Source of the DNA: Massalongia carnosa
Lineage: Eukaryota
Length of the DNA: 64,000 bases
Direction of reading: 5' to 3'
Assembly: GCA_965645245.1 (NCBI GenBank)
Contig: OZ287077.1
Span: 1,984,001 to 2,048,000, forward strand
The translations under genes were made by a program, and so were the position numbers. Under the pieces are notes generated by a model. That model was not told the origin of the DNA and did not search any database. It was given only the letters and a program-made list of their open reading frames with translations. How positions within the stretch are numbered: the first letter of the stretch is position 1; each line of letters starts with the position of its first letter. This document shows, in pieces, positions 12,459 to 26,200 of this stretch.

Positions 12459-12593
12459 TGATTCCGACAAAAGTTGTAGGTCGGTGGGTGGATATCAAAT
12501 CGTTATCGAGAACACCAATCGTCCTCCTGCACTAGAATGTTTCTCACAAACAAACCCAAACAAACCAAACAAACACACCCTACCCATCACGCC

Positions 12594-13394
12594 ATGGCCC
12601 TGTCCCACCCTTTTGACACACATCCTAACCCTAAACCCCCCAACCCCGACCCCAACCCTAACAATCAAACTCCCCTTTCCCTTCCCCTCCCCCAAAATAT
12701 CACCCTCTCCCCTCCCACCCCCCTTACCCTTCCCTCCTACCGCACCCTCACCACCGCGCTTCTCCCAATCCCCTATCCGCCTTCCTTCTACGCCGCTGCC
12801 CTTCCTCCCTCGCCGCACACTATCGCCCTCCTCGCGCACTGGCACCCTCCCTCCCTAACCTCCACCTCCACCTCCACGTCTGCCCCTCCCCCCATCCTCG
12901 TCGGCGCCATCCAAGCCCGCGTCGAACCCTCCCCGTCCCTCTCGTCCCTCCCTTCCCCTTCGTCTTCTTCTCCACCATTATTGCTCCCCAATCCCCACCC
13001 CCACGCTCCCGACTCCCCCGCTCCCGGACCCCAAACCCTCTACATCCAGACTCTGTTCCTCTCGCCGCCCTACCGCCGCCTCGGCATCGCCACCTGCCTC
13101 GTCCGTGCCCTCCTCGCGCGCGCAATGGCCCAGCACCCGCGCGTCCGGACCATGTACGCCCACGTGTGGGAGGCGAACGAGGAGGCCCTGGCGTGGTATG
13201 TGCGGCGTGGCTTTGTGGTCGAGGGGGCCGTGGTCGAGGGGTATTATCGGAGGCTGAGGCCGAGGGGGGCGAGGATTGTGCGGAGGAACGTGGGGGTGGG
13301 GGATTATTTGGGGGGAGGAGGGGGGGAGGAGGAGGAGGAGGAGGAGGAGGAGGAGGAGGAGGAGGAGAGGTGGAGTGGGGGGAATGAGGTTTAA
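12594..13394 (+). CDS. GNAT N-terminal acetyltransferase, Nat5/Naa50-like
   Basis: LLPIPYPPSFY, LYIQTLFLSPPYRRLGIA (motif A), YAHVWEANEEALAWYVRRGF, GYYRRL; poly-Glu tail. Confidence 0.8.
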   Translation: MALSHPFDTHPNPKPPNPDPNPNNQTPLSLPLPQNITLSPPTPLTLPSYRTLTTALLPIPYPPSFYAAALPPSPHTIALLAHWHPPSLTSTSTSTSAPPPILVGAIQARVEPSPSLSSLPSPSSSSPPLLLPNPHPHAPDSPAPGPQTLYIQTLFLSPPYRRLGIATCLVRALLARAMAQHPRVRTMYAHVWEANEEALAWYVRRGFVVEGAVVEGYYRRLRPRGARIVRRNVGVGDYLGGGGGEEEEEEEEEEEEEERWSGGNEV

Positions 13395-13772
13395 GTAAGT
13401 CGGTGGGTGGATGGGGGCTCTTGTTCGGTTCTCTACCTTGCCACAAGACTTGGAGGGTGCTGGAAATTTCCATGCGGTGTTTGGAGTCCGGTCTAGGCTC
13501 AGCGAGGGAATTTGGGAGGGCGAAAGATATCACGAGGATTGCTATGGAGCTTTCAATGGCTACCTCTGGGGAGAACTCTACCGCATCGGTGGAACTGGAT
13601 CAATGGTATGGTACGTGGTTTGTACAGGTTTCATTCCATATGGTTTGTTTTGATACTGGCGAGAAAGCGGCATCCAAAAGCCCAAGAATGTAAAATTCAT
13701 CTAAACGGGAAAGGCCCACCTACGACCTTCGCCACTTCCCTCCTACATGTACCATCCACCACCGAGACTTCA

Positions 13773-15415
13773 TCACTCCGGCTTCTCCGCTAAGCTAGCC
13801 ACCAACGCGATCAACGCCGCTCCGACGCCGCTCCCATCCTTGGCAATCCCAATCCTTATCCGCTTCTCGCCTTCGGGGCCAATCTCGGGGATCTCCCGGA
13901 ACGCCTCTCGGATGTAATCTTCAAACCCGGGATAATATTCCACCAAACTTCCATCAACACCGATATCCACTATATCATCTTCGCCGACTTCAGGGCTGGC
14001 GCTCTTCGTGAGGGCGCCCGTGGAGATGACCACGGCTCCGATGGCCATAGCGCTGAGGCGTGCAGATCGCTTGCCTATCGCCTCAACAATGATCTTGATA
14101 AATTCAGCGTCTTCGGCGCTCGCAGCGTCAATTTTCAGTTCCCGTTCGAGAGCTTGTCTTGTGATTTGTAATCCTGGACCTTGGTCTGCATGAGCTATGC
14201 TCAGGAAACTGGTGTCAATTCCCCATTGCTGATATAGAGCGGAATCTTCGGCGATGCTTGTGGTGGAATGGATGTCGTTACTGCTAGAGTTCTCATCCTT
14301 GAAAAGCTGCAGTTTGGAGTCTTGCATCAAAGAGAGGATCGCTCGTCGGAGGATTTCTCCTAGGAACATGCCCGATACACGTTTTTCAAACATCTGGATT
14401 CCCGGGTTGACGCTTTCCTTGTCGAGATCTCGGTCGTATGGAGTGTCAGGTAATACCTTCATGGAATTATCAAAGGAACCCCATTCGGTGTTGATGATCA
14501 TCTGTCCCGTTGATTTGTCGTAGTCGGCGCCTCCTTCAAACGCTTTTAGCTTAGTTATCTTGTCTAGCTTCTCCACATATGCCCCGTTGGTTCCGGTTCC
14601 AAATATGCCGCCTAGCAAGGCTCCTGTCTTGCCTGGAGAGGTATATGACCTTGCCATCAGCGTTCCTACCGTATCATTTACCAACGCCGCAACTCTGACC
14701 GGCAGATGGAGGGCATCAATCTCCGTCTGGAAAATCTCACACACATCCTTTCCAATCGCATCATCAATGTCGAATCCTTTCGTCCAGCGCAACAATGTAC
14801 CTCTATTGATGCCGACTTGGTTGACGGGGAAGCTAAAAGTGAAGCCCAGCTGGAATATCTCTTCGATCGCTATCCCATCAGAGGCACTCACGGTCCTTCG
14901 CCTTTTAAGATGAGCTTGATAGTGTTCGTCGTGATGGGTTTTGAGAAAAATCTCAACCTGTTTTGCAAGAAACGAGAACAATTCCTTGGCCGTTTTAGCG
15001 ATCATGAGCTCTCTTGGTATTGCCACCTTCGATTGCGTAAGGGAGAACGTTGTGTTGCCATGGAGCTGGATAGAGCAAACTCGGAAATTCGTCCCGCCAA
15101 GGTCTACTGCAAGATAGAGACCCTAATTGGTGGTCAGCATCTGTCAATGTCTGGGCGCGCGTGTAGAGACCTTCTCCGTCCCGTTGGGCACCGCGGTGAC
15201 ATACGTAGGGATTTGGCTCATTTCCGTGCCAGTCTTTTTTAATCCCTCATCTATCATAAGAGCAGTCAGCATTTCCAGCTCCCCTCAAGCTCAGACCTTA
15301 ACCTCCATTGACACCTACCCATTTGCCTAATAAACTCCTTCACCCCTTTGTTCACCTCCTCCGCCGGATACTCAAACTCCTTAGCCACACGCCTTGCTTC
15401 ATCGAGTAAAGACAT
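13773..15415 (-). CDS. GLK1: Glucokinase/hexokinase (3 exons; introns 15251-15318 and 15123-15170)
   Basis: LAVDLGGTNFRV, LGFTFSFP, WTKGF, VNDTVGT, IFGTGTNGAY, NTEWGSFD, FEKRVSGMFLGE, DGSGVGAAL; canonical introns. Confidence 0.95.
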
Positions 15416-16423
15416 CTTGTGTAACCGAGATGTTGGTAAAGGCCCGGCGAAGATGTTTTGTGGCAGGCAAACGGCCTTGGGCCTTTGCGCGTGATGGTTA
15501 TCTTGCCTCGACTGCCAAGTCTCGGGGTGCACCAGCACAGGTGACGGTCGAAGGAACTGAACGACTAGAACAATGAAAAGAATGGCAACAGAAACAAGCG
15601 GAGTTGCAGAGACTCGAGAATGGCGGAAGGACCTCGAGGACCACCGGAGACCCGGAAGCGAGGAAGGCAAAGGGGATGAAGAGGCGACGGCGAATGTAGG
15701 AGAGTGGAGGGAATTGAGGAGCGCCAACGTTGCTATATGGTAGAGGGATAAAGCCAAGGATGGCGGGGGGAGGGGGAGGGGGAAAGCCACCAAAGAAGCC
15801 TCCAAAGAAGCCTCCTTTTCCTCGGCTGCAAGGTTGCACTCGTACCTAGTCCGACGAGCCGGCTCCTGGGTGAGTTATAAACCCAATGAATGGTTAAAAA
15901 GCGCGCGTTGATGCCTGCCCTAGGACTGGAGCTGTACTTTATTGGCTGGGTGAATGGTTCAATTGGCCGCTGAATGGTCAGATGTTGCGCGGGCAAACTG
16001 CGGGGAAGCTTTGCGACTCCGATGGGCTGAAATATGAGAAAAGATAAAGGTTGGAAAACAAAATAGAGAATTGCAAATTATGATTATTTCATTAAATACG
16101 AAGATACAGATGATATAAAGTATTGAATCATACGGGGTGCAAAATGAGGCATTGAAGAGCCGACAAGAAGAAGTTCATAGAGTTGAGAGCAGAGAGGGAG
16201 GTTTCTCTTTACGATCGAAGCGGCGAGATGTCAGCCCTACAGGGTTTCCGCTCAAACCTCGAAAGGGAAACATAATTTATCGTTCCCGCGCGAAATTCCC
16301 AAACATATACCCATCCATCCATCTCCATTGAGCTCGGAGCGAAAGCCTCCCTCCCACTCCTTTAGCAAAACCTTTCTTCCTTTACCCTCTGCCCCTCCCA
16401 ATTCACGACAACTACGGCCCATC

Positions 16424-17130
16424 ATGGGCCAGGGGGCCTCCAAATCTCCCTCCAGCAGCACCCAACATGTCTTCACCAGGTCTTCCCCACCAAATCCGAA
16501 GCCCCATCCCCACTAACACGCCCGCACGCAGCGAAACCCCCGTCCGCTTCTCCCAAGACCTAATTGACGCCCTCGAAGCAAGCCCCGAGGTACGTAAAAG
16601 ATAACCTTCATTCGCCCTCTCCTCCACCGTTTACCCGCAGTCCAACAAGTCCAACTCTCTAATCTCCCCCCGCTCACCCCACCTACTAGACCGACAGCAC
16701 CCGCGCCAAAGACCTAGAACTGCACATCCAATCCCGCGTTGCCGCCGAATTGGCCCGCCTCTCCGACTCCGCCTCCACTACCCTCTCTGCCCTACAAGAC
16801 CGCATCTCCGCCCTCCCCGACGGCGAAAATCTCCCCTCCTCTTCTTCTCCAGGCAGCAGCGCTGCTGACCACACCGCCAAAGCCGCCGACGACCGCACCC
16901 GCGATCTTGGCCGCGAACGCGTGCAGCGCGAAATCGACGCCCTGAAGCACAAACTAGGCGCCAGAAAGAAAATGGAGAAGGACGAGGGAGTGGAAAAGGC
17001 AAGGGCGGAGGTAGTGAGATGTTTGCGCACGAATGATCGCCGGCCGTTGGACTGCTGGGAGGAGGTCGAGGCGTTCCGGGGCGAGGTGGCGAGGCTGGAA
17101 AAGGGTTTTTTGGGCCGGGTGTTGGAGTGA
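16424..17130 (+). CDS. MIC19: MICOS subunit Mic19 (DUF1690), 3 exons
   Basis: MGQGASK myristoylation-type N-terminus; ETPVRFSQDLIDALE, TDSTRAKDLELHIQSRVAAEL, VVRCLRTNDRRPLDCWEEVEAF (Cx10C). Confidence 0.88.
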
Positions 17131-17825
17131 TACGCAGCTAGCTAGCTAGCTAGCTGCTTGTGGAGACGAGGAGGTGGAGATAGGTAGGTATGGGGCTCTG
17201 GTGGGCTAAAGGTTCTGTTGGTTGGTGATAGAGTGAGTGAAACGGAGGGGGAAATCCAGATTTTGGGAGGAAAATGTGTATACCTATTATGCTACGGTGC
17301 GTATGTTAAATCGGCAAGCGACTATAGGGCTTGCTTGAATACCGTTCTCTTCTTTCCCATTGCGGTCAGGAAGGAAGATACTATACATTCACAAATTGAT
17401 ACATAGGTCCAGAACTCGCGGTTTAGAATAACGAGAACTGCAGAGTACCTAGGTATATCTTCCACCCACCGACCCACCCTACGTATATGTATATGTACAT
17501 ACACGCGCTCGCATACATACATGCCTATACCTATGCCTATACCTCATCCCGCTCTAAACCCACCCCCCTCTCAGCTAAGAGGCGTATTGTATATATCCTG
17601 GAAAAGCCCCGCGCTCGACAACAAATTTATCCCAAGGTGGCCGTTCTTGATCCAACCGTCCATCTATCTCCATCTTGCCTCTTTTTATTCCCATGTGCAG
17701 AATGACCGTTTAGTCTTCTCGTGAATTTTTTTTTTTTGATGACGTGCGCCCCTTTTTCTTTTTAGCCCAGGATCTCTTCCACTTTTACCCCCTTAAAGGA
17801 GATTCCACTAAAAACAAACAAAAAG

Positions 17826-20800
17826 CTACCATCCCGATCCCAAATCATTCTTCACCACCGCTACCTCCCCTTTCCTCGGGCACAGCAGTGTGCCGTCCGC
17901 CATGACCTGGCATAGCTTCAGGCTCTCCGCGTCCACCCAGTCGCGAGGGAGGAAGAAGTGTCGCGCCAGGTCGTGGCCGTGTTCGGCTCCTGGCCGGGGT
18001 TGGAGTCGGTACGAACGGACCCAGAACGACCGGTCGAGAAAGACGAGAAGGTCTTCGCCGAGAATGTTCAGTGGTTTTTCGATGAGGGCGGCGATGGGGG
18101 CTGGAATAGAAGTTGTGCTGATGATAGGTGGGGGGATCTCTCTCGGGGCGTCTAGTGAGGAGGTTTTGATAAGGTGGTATACAGCTGAATGCCTGGGCTG
18201 TGACGAGTGCTGTGATATGGAGACAAGGATGTACGGGCTGGCTCGTGGGGTAATGATTTGATCAATCTCGTGTCTAACCTCAATTGGACTCGACGAAGTA
18301 ATCACGGAAATATTCTGCGATGCTCCAGGGGGTTGCCCCGCTGAAAGTCCATTCTCGTTATTATACGGCGGTATCTGCCATTCTCCTAGCGCAGCCAAAT
18401 CGCTCCATCCAACAGCTGTGATTGTCGTTGCTGTAAAGGCCAGAAGCTGGTGCGGCTTACCAGGGTGGGAGGTCCATCTTCTTTTTACCCCGGGCGTGGA
18501 GGATAAATACACAGCTTGGATGTTTTTGCTCTTGAGAGACCAAAGCTGCGCAGAATTTAGACTCGCAATCAAAAGGAGACTCGAGTCTTGATTAAAGAGA
18601 ATCTGGCAAAGCCCTCCCGCCTCGAGGCTTGCTTTGAAGCTCATCCTAGGCTCATATCTCCACCCGAAATTTTCGCCGATCTCGTCCCGCTTCTGAAAAG
18701 ATTTGATCATGACTTTTCCGCTCAACTCGGCATATGCAATGTGACTTCCATCTTCCCCCCAACTCAAATGATCAATGCTCATTCCAGCGGCGGATTCGCC
18801 GATGAGTAGCTTTTTCTGATTAGTGATGTCTTGCATTTCAACAACCCCTTCGTCGTTCCCAGTGCAAACCAATTCCCCTTGTGGCCTCGCCGCCACAGCT
18901 GTTACTGAGGGTCGGCTCTCTGCCCAGACTTCCGAGGCAAGATATGACATCGTCGTACTTCCTGCTTCTGTGTCAACCTCGCTGGCTGGTTCATCCATGT
19001 TGGACATCCGAATCAAGACATTCGGCTCCCAGGCATTGCAGTAAGAACCACGAAGATCGTAAAATCGTCGCATATCAGGAGCGAAGCATAAAGTTGTCAC
19101 TATGTCCTCCGAAGAAAGCTGGTAGATCAAGACAAAATGCTCGTAGTTGTATATTCGGACTGCTCCATCGACGTCGCTAGTGGCGAACACTAGTCCATCC
19201 AGACTGCAGTCAATTTCTGAAGGCGTAGTGCTTGAGCTTATTTCCAGTTCTTCATGACTTTCTTCAAAAGGGTGCCACCTGAAAACTGTACCATCAGTAT
19301 AGATGCCGAGAAGCTCTCCGCTGTTGGGATGCCAAAGGATTCTGTTAACGCCGGTCCAGGCGCTGCTGTGATTCTTTTCTTGTCCAAGCCTTCGCTTACA
19401 TTTGCCAACACAAGCTGCTTCCTCCAGGTTCCAGACCGTGAGCGGTGAGCCGCGATATGCTATCGCTATCTGAGTCACGCTACTGTTGAAAGCCATGGCC
19501 ATGGGAGAATTTGCAAATGTGTTCTTCAGCAGGATTTCCTTAGTTGATATGGATATTTCGCATAGCTCCCATCCCTTATCCTCCGCTTCCAGCGATAATT
19601 TTCGTATATTGTAAAGGTCGGAAGCCATCATGATTGTTGAATCGTCGTTAGTGAAAGTCATGCATAGAGCTTGAATACCGGTGGGATTCGAGACGGTAAA
19701 TAAGTGACGCAGTGATGTAATACTCCATATTTGTGTGGTAAGGTAGCCATAAGTAGCAAGCATTTCCCCTTTCTCACCGAAACACATAGTGAAAAGATGT
19801 TCCCGGTGAAAGAATGTCGTAATAATCTCAAAGGTCAAGGAATTCCAGAGATGGATCGTTCCTGCAGAGCTCAAGACGGCCAGATAACGACCGGAACAGC
19901 GAACCATTAATGCCTGATGTTGACTCCCAACGGACACCCTTGTGACGCAGTCATCCCAGTCGTTGTCTGATAAACCCATAATAGATATCGGTGATGTCTT
20001 TGAGCTGCCAAATTGCTGACATATGATTGAGTTCCGAGGAGAGAATTGAGGGATATATTTATATACGGCGCTAGGCTCTTGGAGTAAATGACCCCCGAAC
20101 TTTCCCGTTAATTTCAGTAGATCAACTGACCAGAGCTCCAAGAACTTAAGATCTGGAAGATGATGCTGCACCGGCATTCCTACCACATCGAGTCTCCGTC
20201 GCTTTTGAACCAAGGAGGTAAGTATTTGAGAAGTAAAAATAAGCACCTTCAGCTGACCCAATGATGCTAGCATCTGAATCCAGGAAAGTACGTGAGTTCC
20301 TTGGAAAAATCTTACTAAAAGACTGAGAGACATATTGGAACTTGTAGGGCTCAAGTCCAAGTGATATGCCCAGGAAGTTGCGGAATATGGGTAAAATGGC
20401 AAGGCAGGCTTTTGAGCAGTTATCGAGCGAATCTGCCGATCTAGAAAAATAGAAAGAGTTTTTTTAAACATCGCTTCATGTGCATCGTGGGCTATTAGGG
20501 GAAACGGTAGATTAGATGACTTCATTAGATATTCACGGGCGGTCCGATGGACTAAAGCGATGCGGTTGTTACTGTCAACCGTCACGAAATATCCACACAA
20601 TCTATTAACTGTAAACTTCAAATCTAGGACGGCTGAATACTCAGGTTGTAAAGCTCGCGACATTTCTTCGGTATGTAACGGTCTCCGCGAGAAAGTAGCC
20701 CACATGAGAATTATTCTAGCTAGATCTTTATCTGAGGCTCTCGCCAGGCTTCTAATCGACGCTTCCATACGCCGATATAGATGGTCCATACCCGACGGAA

Positions 20801-23205
20801 TTTCGTCAAGAGCAAGCTTGATTTCCTCATGAGTGTGGCATTGCATAATTTCCTTCAAAACAAGATTCACCCAGAGGAAGTTACCTTCGGCTCGTTCGAT
20901 AATCTGGTCGGTAATTTGCTTCCGGTAATATGGGGCGCAATGCATATATTCCATCTCGAACATTGTGTGAAGACGGATGTCATCAGCATTTCGCTCTGCA
21001 TTTATGATAGTTAATGGGGTTCTATTGGTGATCCGGTCAAATGCTGTCTTAATGGCCGGAGTCTGGCGACTAAATACTACAATGTGGATTGGAGTGGTGG
21101 AGGAAGATATACTGGAGAGGATATCAACCACCGCAGAAATGGAATCCGACTCGTCTAGAGCGTCAATTATCCAATAGAATGGGCCAATGTCCTTTAGCTT
21201 AAAAAGGATAGAAAGAAACAACTTTTGCCAAATCGCACGCGCATCCATTTTTTCCAGTCCCGAGCCGTTTTCACTTATTAAAAGTAAAGCATCCTCAAAT
21301 ATTGGTTCCGTCTGAGAAATCTGAAATGCTAGAGACCTGAGGAGCGAGCTTGCCGATTGTTTCGCCGAGTCATCATGTTTAAAGAAATAGTAGTTGCAAG
21401 TGCAGCTAGACTCAACAAAGTAATGTACCAGAAAGGCAGCCTGGACTGATTTACCGTTGCCAGGACGAGCGTGTATCCACAGCAGGTTAGACACAAGTGT
21501 ATCGTCTGCCCATTTCCTAAATACCGTGTCCTTAAGAATACCCTCACAAGTTCCTGGAGTCAATCGATTACGTAAAGAGGCCAGGTCTTCGAGTGGAACT
21601 TCAGTGATCCCAAGTAATTTCTCAATCTTCATAGCATTTCCCTTGGATGTTTTGGCCTTGATCGTGATATCTATATGCTGAAAGCTTAGAGTGTTCTTCT
21701 TGGTGATTAAAAAAACAAGGAAGAGGGTTTGACCGAATGAAATGAGAGGTACGAGTAGTTCATCGTAGATTGAGAATTAGAGCTCGCCGTTAATATAATA
21801 AAAAAAGCAGAATGTTTCGGGGAGGGGTTTCACGTACTATCTTCGGTGAGAGAAGAAACGAGTGTTCTAAGAGCAGATCTTATACTTATATAGTTGGGAT
21901 CCTCGCGGCTTGAGAACTTGCAAACGTCATGATGATTGGCGTTAAGAGGCGCTGAGACCTCGTCAGGATAGCCAAGTACCGAAGAATCCTTTTTCAGCAC
22001 CATCTGCAAATAATGAGCTATTTTCCTTAGCTCCAACCATGAGTTATGAGTTAACCATAGATTTTGGACCAATCGAGGTTTCCAGCGTCTCATAGAATGA
22101 GAAAATTCGTAGTTTTGAGGTGAAATTACGAAAATTTTCGTTTATGTCTTCTATTGCTAGAGAATTTCGGTTCAAATCTACCAAGTACTGTTTAGGTGCG
22201 TGGCTCGTAAAGACTGGAATAGACAGAATGTAGTTAAGAATTTCGGCAAGATTTGTTCCGCGATGAGGCGTCGAGAGAAAGAGAACTCCACGAATTTGTT
22301 CTACCATAGATCGATAATCATCATTGTTTTGACCTTGTATGTATGCCTAAGGAGATTAAATGAGGATTAAAATGTTTAGAGTTTAAGATGAATTGCGACT
22401 GTAGCTTGAATTGAACTAGGCGCAAGAGATAAAGGATAACTAACACTCCTGGAAACTCGGGTCTCATAGTCCTTAAAATGGCACGCACCTTTTTAAAAAC
22501 AAGACCACCCATAGAATGTGCAATAAATATGATCGGCACCTGCCATAATCAGTACCTTTAAAGCAGTACTTGAACGACCCGCTCTAGACCTACGTTTCCG
22601 ATTTGAAGATCCCCATCATGCCCGCCTTTCCAAAACTTCATTGCAAACAATAAGGATTTCGCAAAATCGGAGATGTTTGCAATGCTATTTGGTCCAGATG
22701 AAGAGAAATGTGCATTATAACCAAACGAGAATATCCTTGTGGTACATATATCAGGCTCCAGGGGAAGCCATTTCTGCGGCCAAAAGAGTTCCGGGTCTCG
22801 ATTTCTCGACCATGTTTGACGGCTTGTACCCCCAAGACCATGTATAAATATGATATCGGCCGAAGGTATCCCTTGAGGCGTGTAGATATTGATTAGTCCT
22901 AGGGGATCAGCTCTGCGATCCTGGGATCTCTGGCGCGAGTGTGGAGAAGCAATTTCCAGACTCCCTTCATTGTTTGAAATGGTAGTTCGATGTGAAGGCC
23001 TTCTGGTGCTTTCACGAAAGACATCAATAACGCCGGGGTTCTTCCTCCGCTCGGTTTCAGCGGGCGATGACGAGCGCGATTGCCCTTCGGAAGATTGACT
23101 GGACCTTCGGCTTGCGATGCGTCTAAGTTTACCCCACTGTAGAGGTAAGTTAGAAGGTGGAAATCTTGTGGGAATTTCTATGCTGCGCGTACCATGCCTT
23201 CGCAT
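17826..23205 (-). CDS. Fungal NLR-type STAND protein: alpha/beta-hydrolase (SesB/PGAP1-like) + NACHT + winged helix + WD40 (multi-exon)
   Basis: IIFIHGLGG, WPQKWLP, FIAHSMGGLV, FLSTPHRG, LNANHHDVCKF (lipase); ARPGNGKS Walker A; WIIDALDE Walker B; AEGNFLWV; LVHRTAREYL; degenerate WD40 C-terminus; introns near 22540-22594, 22348-22488, 21984-22035 and 21678-21837 (approximate). Confidence 0.9.
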
Positions 23206-26200
23206 CGGAATGCCGTCAGTACCTTTAATACTTAAAGTAAGGATCGTAAAAAGATAATCCACAGACTTTCGAAGCGCTCAGAACAAAGCATCCTCGATGG
23301 GCATGCTTCATAGGGAACATTCGGAGTACCGGGCCGCATACTCTACTTCATGTAACTAGAATGAGCGACGACAGTAATTGGTCGGTTATCGCCTTATCAC
23401 GGCGTATGTCTAACGTTAGTGACGTACGGATCGCGGCTGCATGAAGTGGTTGTCGGTGTCTCGTACATTCGAGGCACTTTTCTCCTGGAATAGTGTCTAT
23501 CATAACGATTAATAGACCTAACTATGCAAGACGGCAATTGACCGGAATTTAAATCTTGAGGATGCCATCGTTGAAGACCACTCATCCTGATAAGAGAGCT
23601 TTGAAGAATCCAAAACCGTCAACCTGACAAGAATGGACACCGTCGCTGCTTATAACTTAAGTACCCTTGGCGAATGGCTTTAAATCTTCTGCATGATCAG
23701 CAATAGCAAAACTCGTAGCGGAAAGTGCCATTAAATCCCCGACAGGCTATCTCTTTAACATGCTCTTACTCGTAAATGCTAAATAAGTAAACTACAACTT
23801 CCATTTGCCATATTATGGAGAGCGGGAACTCGAGTAAAACTCAACTTTATACATACCGAGATTTACACTATGTAGAACCCACCTTTTGATTGCAAATTGC
23901 ACATGGTGGCATGTACAAGCCGGCCGAAAATGCACCAAAAATTACCAACAGTTTATTGAAGTTCAAGAGATCTTAATTGGGAAGCTTCTAGTATCTGTCG
24001 TTGTATGGGTCCACTGTTTTCTGGTAGCATTATGATTTTCAGAAGCCCGAGGTGTAGCTCGTACTAATTCTCAATGCTTGTTGTCTGATTCTTTTTAGAA
24101 CACCTTCTTTGTCTCCGCCACATGCTTCTTGGACGTTCGAGAAGGAGGAACGGAATCCACAGCATGCAAATCATAACCAAAAACATCCTATAATAAGTTG
24201 AAGGGCCAAAGGAATAGAAGCATGCTGCTGTACAATAAGTAATAGCTTGCAAAAGTGATAGATGACTAACTGTCTTAAAATTAAGAGACAAACCATAGTC
24301 ACTTGTTGCCGGCAATACAACTACAATAGGGTAGAATATATTTCTCAAGCGAGCCTTTTCTGTTGGGAATATGAATAAGTTATAATCCCCGTGAATGTCA
24401 TCTACCACCAGATTAGTAGCTTGGCTGTATGCCAGTAATCTCTATCTAGAATTTTCCCTACATGCTAGTTAAAAGAAAGCATTTACTTCACAAGCCGATG
24501 ATAAACTATAGCTTGTCTGTAGAGTATGCCGCGAAGGCACATCCGAACCGCATGGCTAAATCCGTGTATGTAGGTAATGATGGAAATTGACAATATAGAA
24601 GCTTGGATGCCAAAAGATGCCAAGTAATAAATACCGATCACTTCTATAATTGCTACGCATTTTGTGGGCTAGTGTGCACAGACAGATTAATGTGCTCAAG
24701 ATTCTTCAGGAACGCTCTATTGACAACGTAGTCATTGAGTTCGGCGCCACTGGTGACCATAACAACGTATGAAAAGTAGATTTGATTCCAAAAGCATTTA
24801 TTTTGCCACTTAAGACAACTTTCGGGCAGTTTCGCGTGAGAAAATGGTCATTGTCACCAAGCAGGCACGAGATCCGAATGCTCAGAAATCGCCTCCAACC
24901 TTCGTAGGCTGCATGAGAACCACCACGAATTAGGCCAATTGGGGCATGTTGGTGTTGAAAATATCGTTCAGAATTTGAGGGGGTTATTGAAGATGCCTAT
25001 CTAGAGGAGAAAACTCCGAAAACGATCCTCTCACCCTCTCAATCTGCAGGGGTTGTATCCGATACTACTCCATACGCGATAAAGCACTCATCGGAGAATA
25101 GTACTCGGCGATAGTCTCCTGTTTGGCTTTGCACCGTCTTTGATATCACCGCACTTTGTGTCATTCGAAGTATTAGCAGAGCAGAGAGGGATCGCTGAAC
25201 TGCGGGGCCAATAGTTGTTGGCTGTGAAGTGCGTGACATGAGTGAAGGGAGAGAAGATGGAGTTCCTTCCGGATACATCAGCCGCATCGCTAACTTAATG
25301 ATCGACGGAATAATTGCGGAAACCACCATCTAAGACGTTACTGTAAGATTGATCTTTCCAACGCTTGTGTGTACCTTGTAGGCTGTTAGCTAGGGGTTTA
25401 CGAGCAGGAAAATACCTACACAAAGCTGCCTAATGTGGAGAAGCCGGCTGCAATAGCCATAAAGGAATATGATGTAACGCTTGTGGAGAATGGAACCTGT
25501 TTCCTGTTGACTGGTGCTTGAGACAATCGGTATTCCAGGTATGATCTCATCGTGCTTAGGCCCCGGGCTCCAGCCCTGGGCTCCAGCTCAAAGGATTCTT
25601 GTGTTTCGAGGACGAGGGGTTATCTTCCTAGTGGCCGCTAAACGAGTCGATAGCCCCGTAATATTCTGGTTGGCGATTCGTCATAGAACACGTTTAGCGA
25701 GATTCTGTATAAATATCATCAGTATTAGCTCTTCAACACCCAAAGGATATTTCTTTCATCAATCTTTTGGATGAGTTATCTTAGATGCTCAATCAAAATA
25801 TCGCAAGGATCCGAAAAGGTCTACGTTGACTCCAGAATAACCTATTCCAGCCAGGTTAAAAGCCACCTATCAGTAACCAAAGTATGATGCACACAGTAGA
25901 GGGTGTTGATGACCACTAACCAACCAGCTACCATGGCCTAATCAACGTGCCGGTCTCCTACGCTAATCCTTTTGAGGGCGTCTTTGCATGGGAATGGCCA
26001 GGTATTCAAACAGCCACAGGTTCATCGTCTCATGTAGTGGTACTGGCAGAATGATATACCGGATCACAAGGCCATCAAGCGTAATGGTTCGGGAAACAGG
26101 CGGGAAAGCAAGGAGGTGGGAAGGACCAGCATAAAGGTGAAGGGTCAACGTTATGGAAGATAGAGTGACTGGAGTGGAATTTCACATCTACAAACAGCTC

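Noticed and set aside
12820..13533. 237-aa poly-Pro minus-strand ORF
   Set aside because: Antisense to the GNAT gene; caused by the (GAG)n tract and base skew
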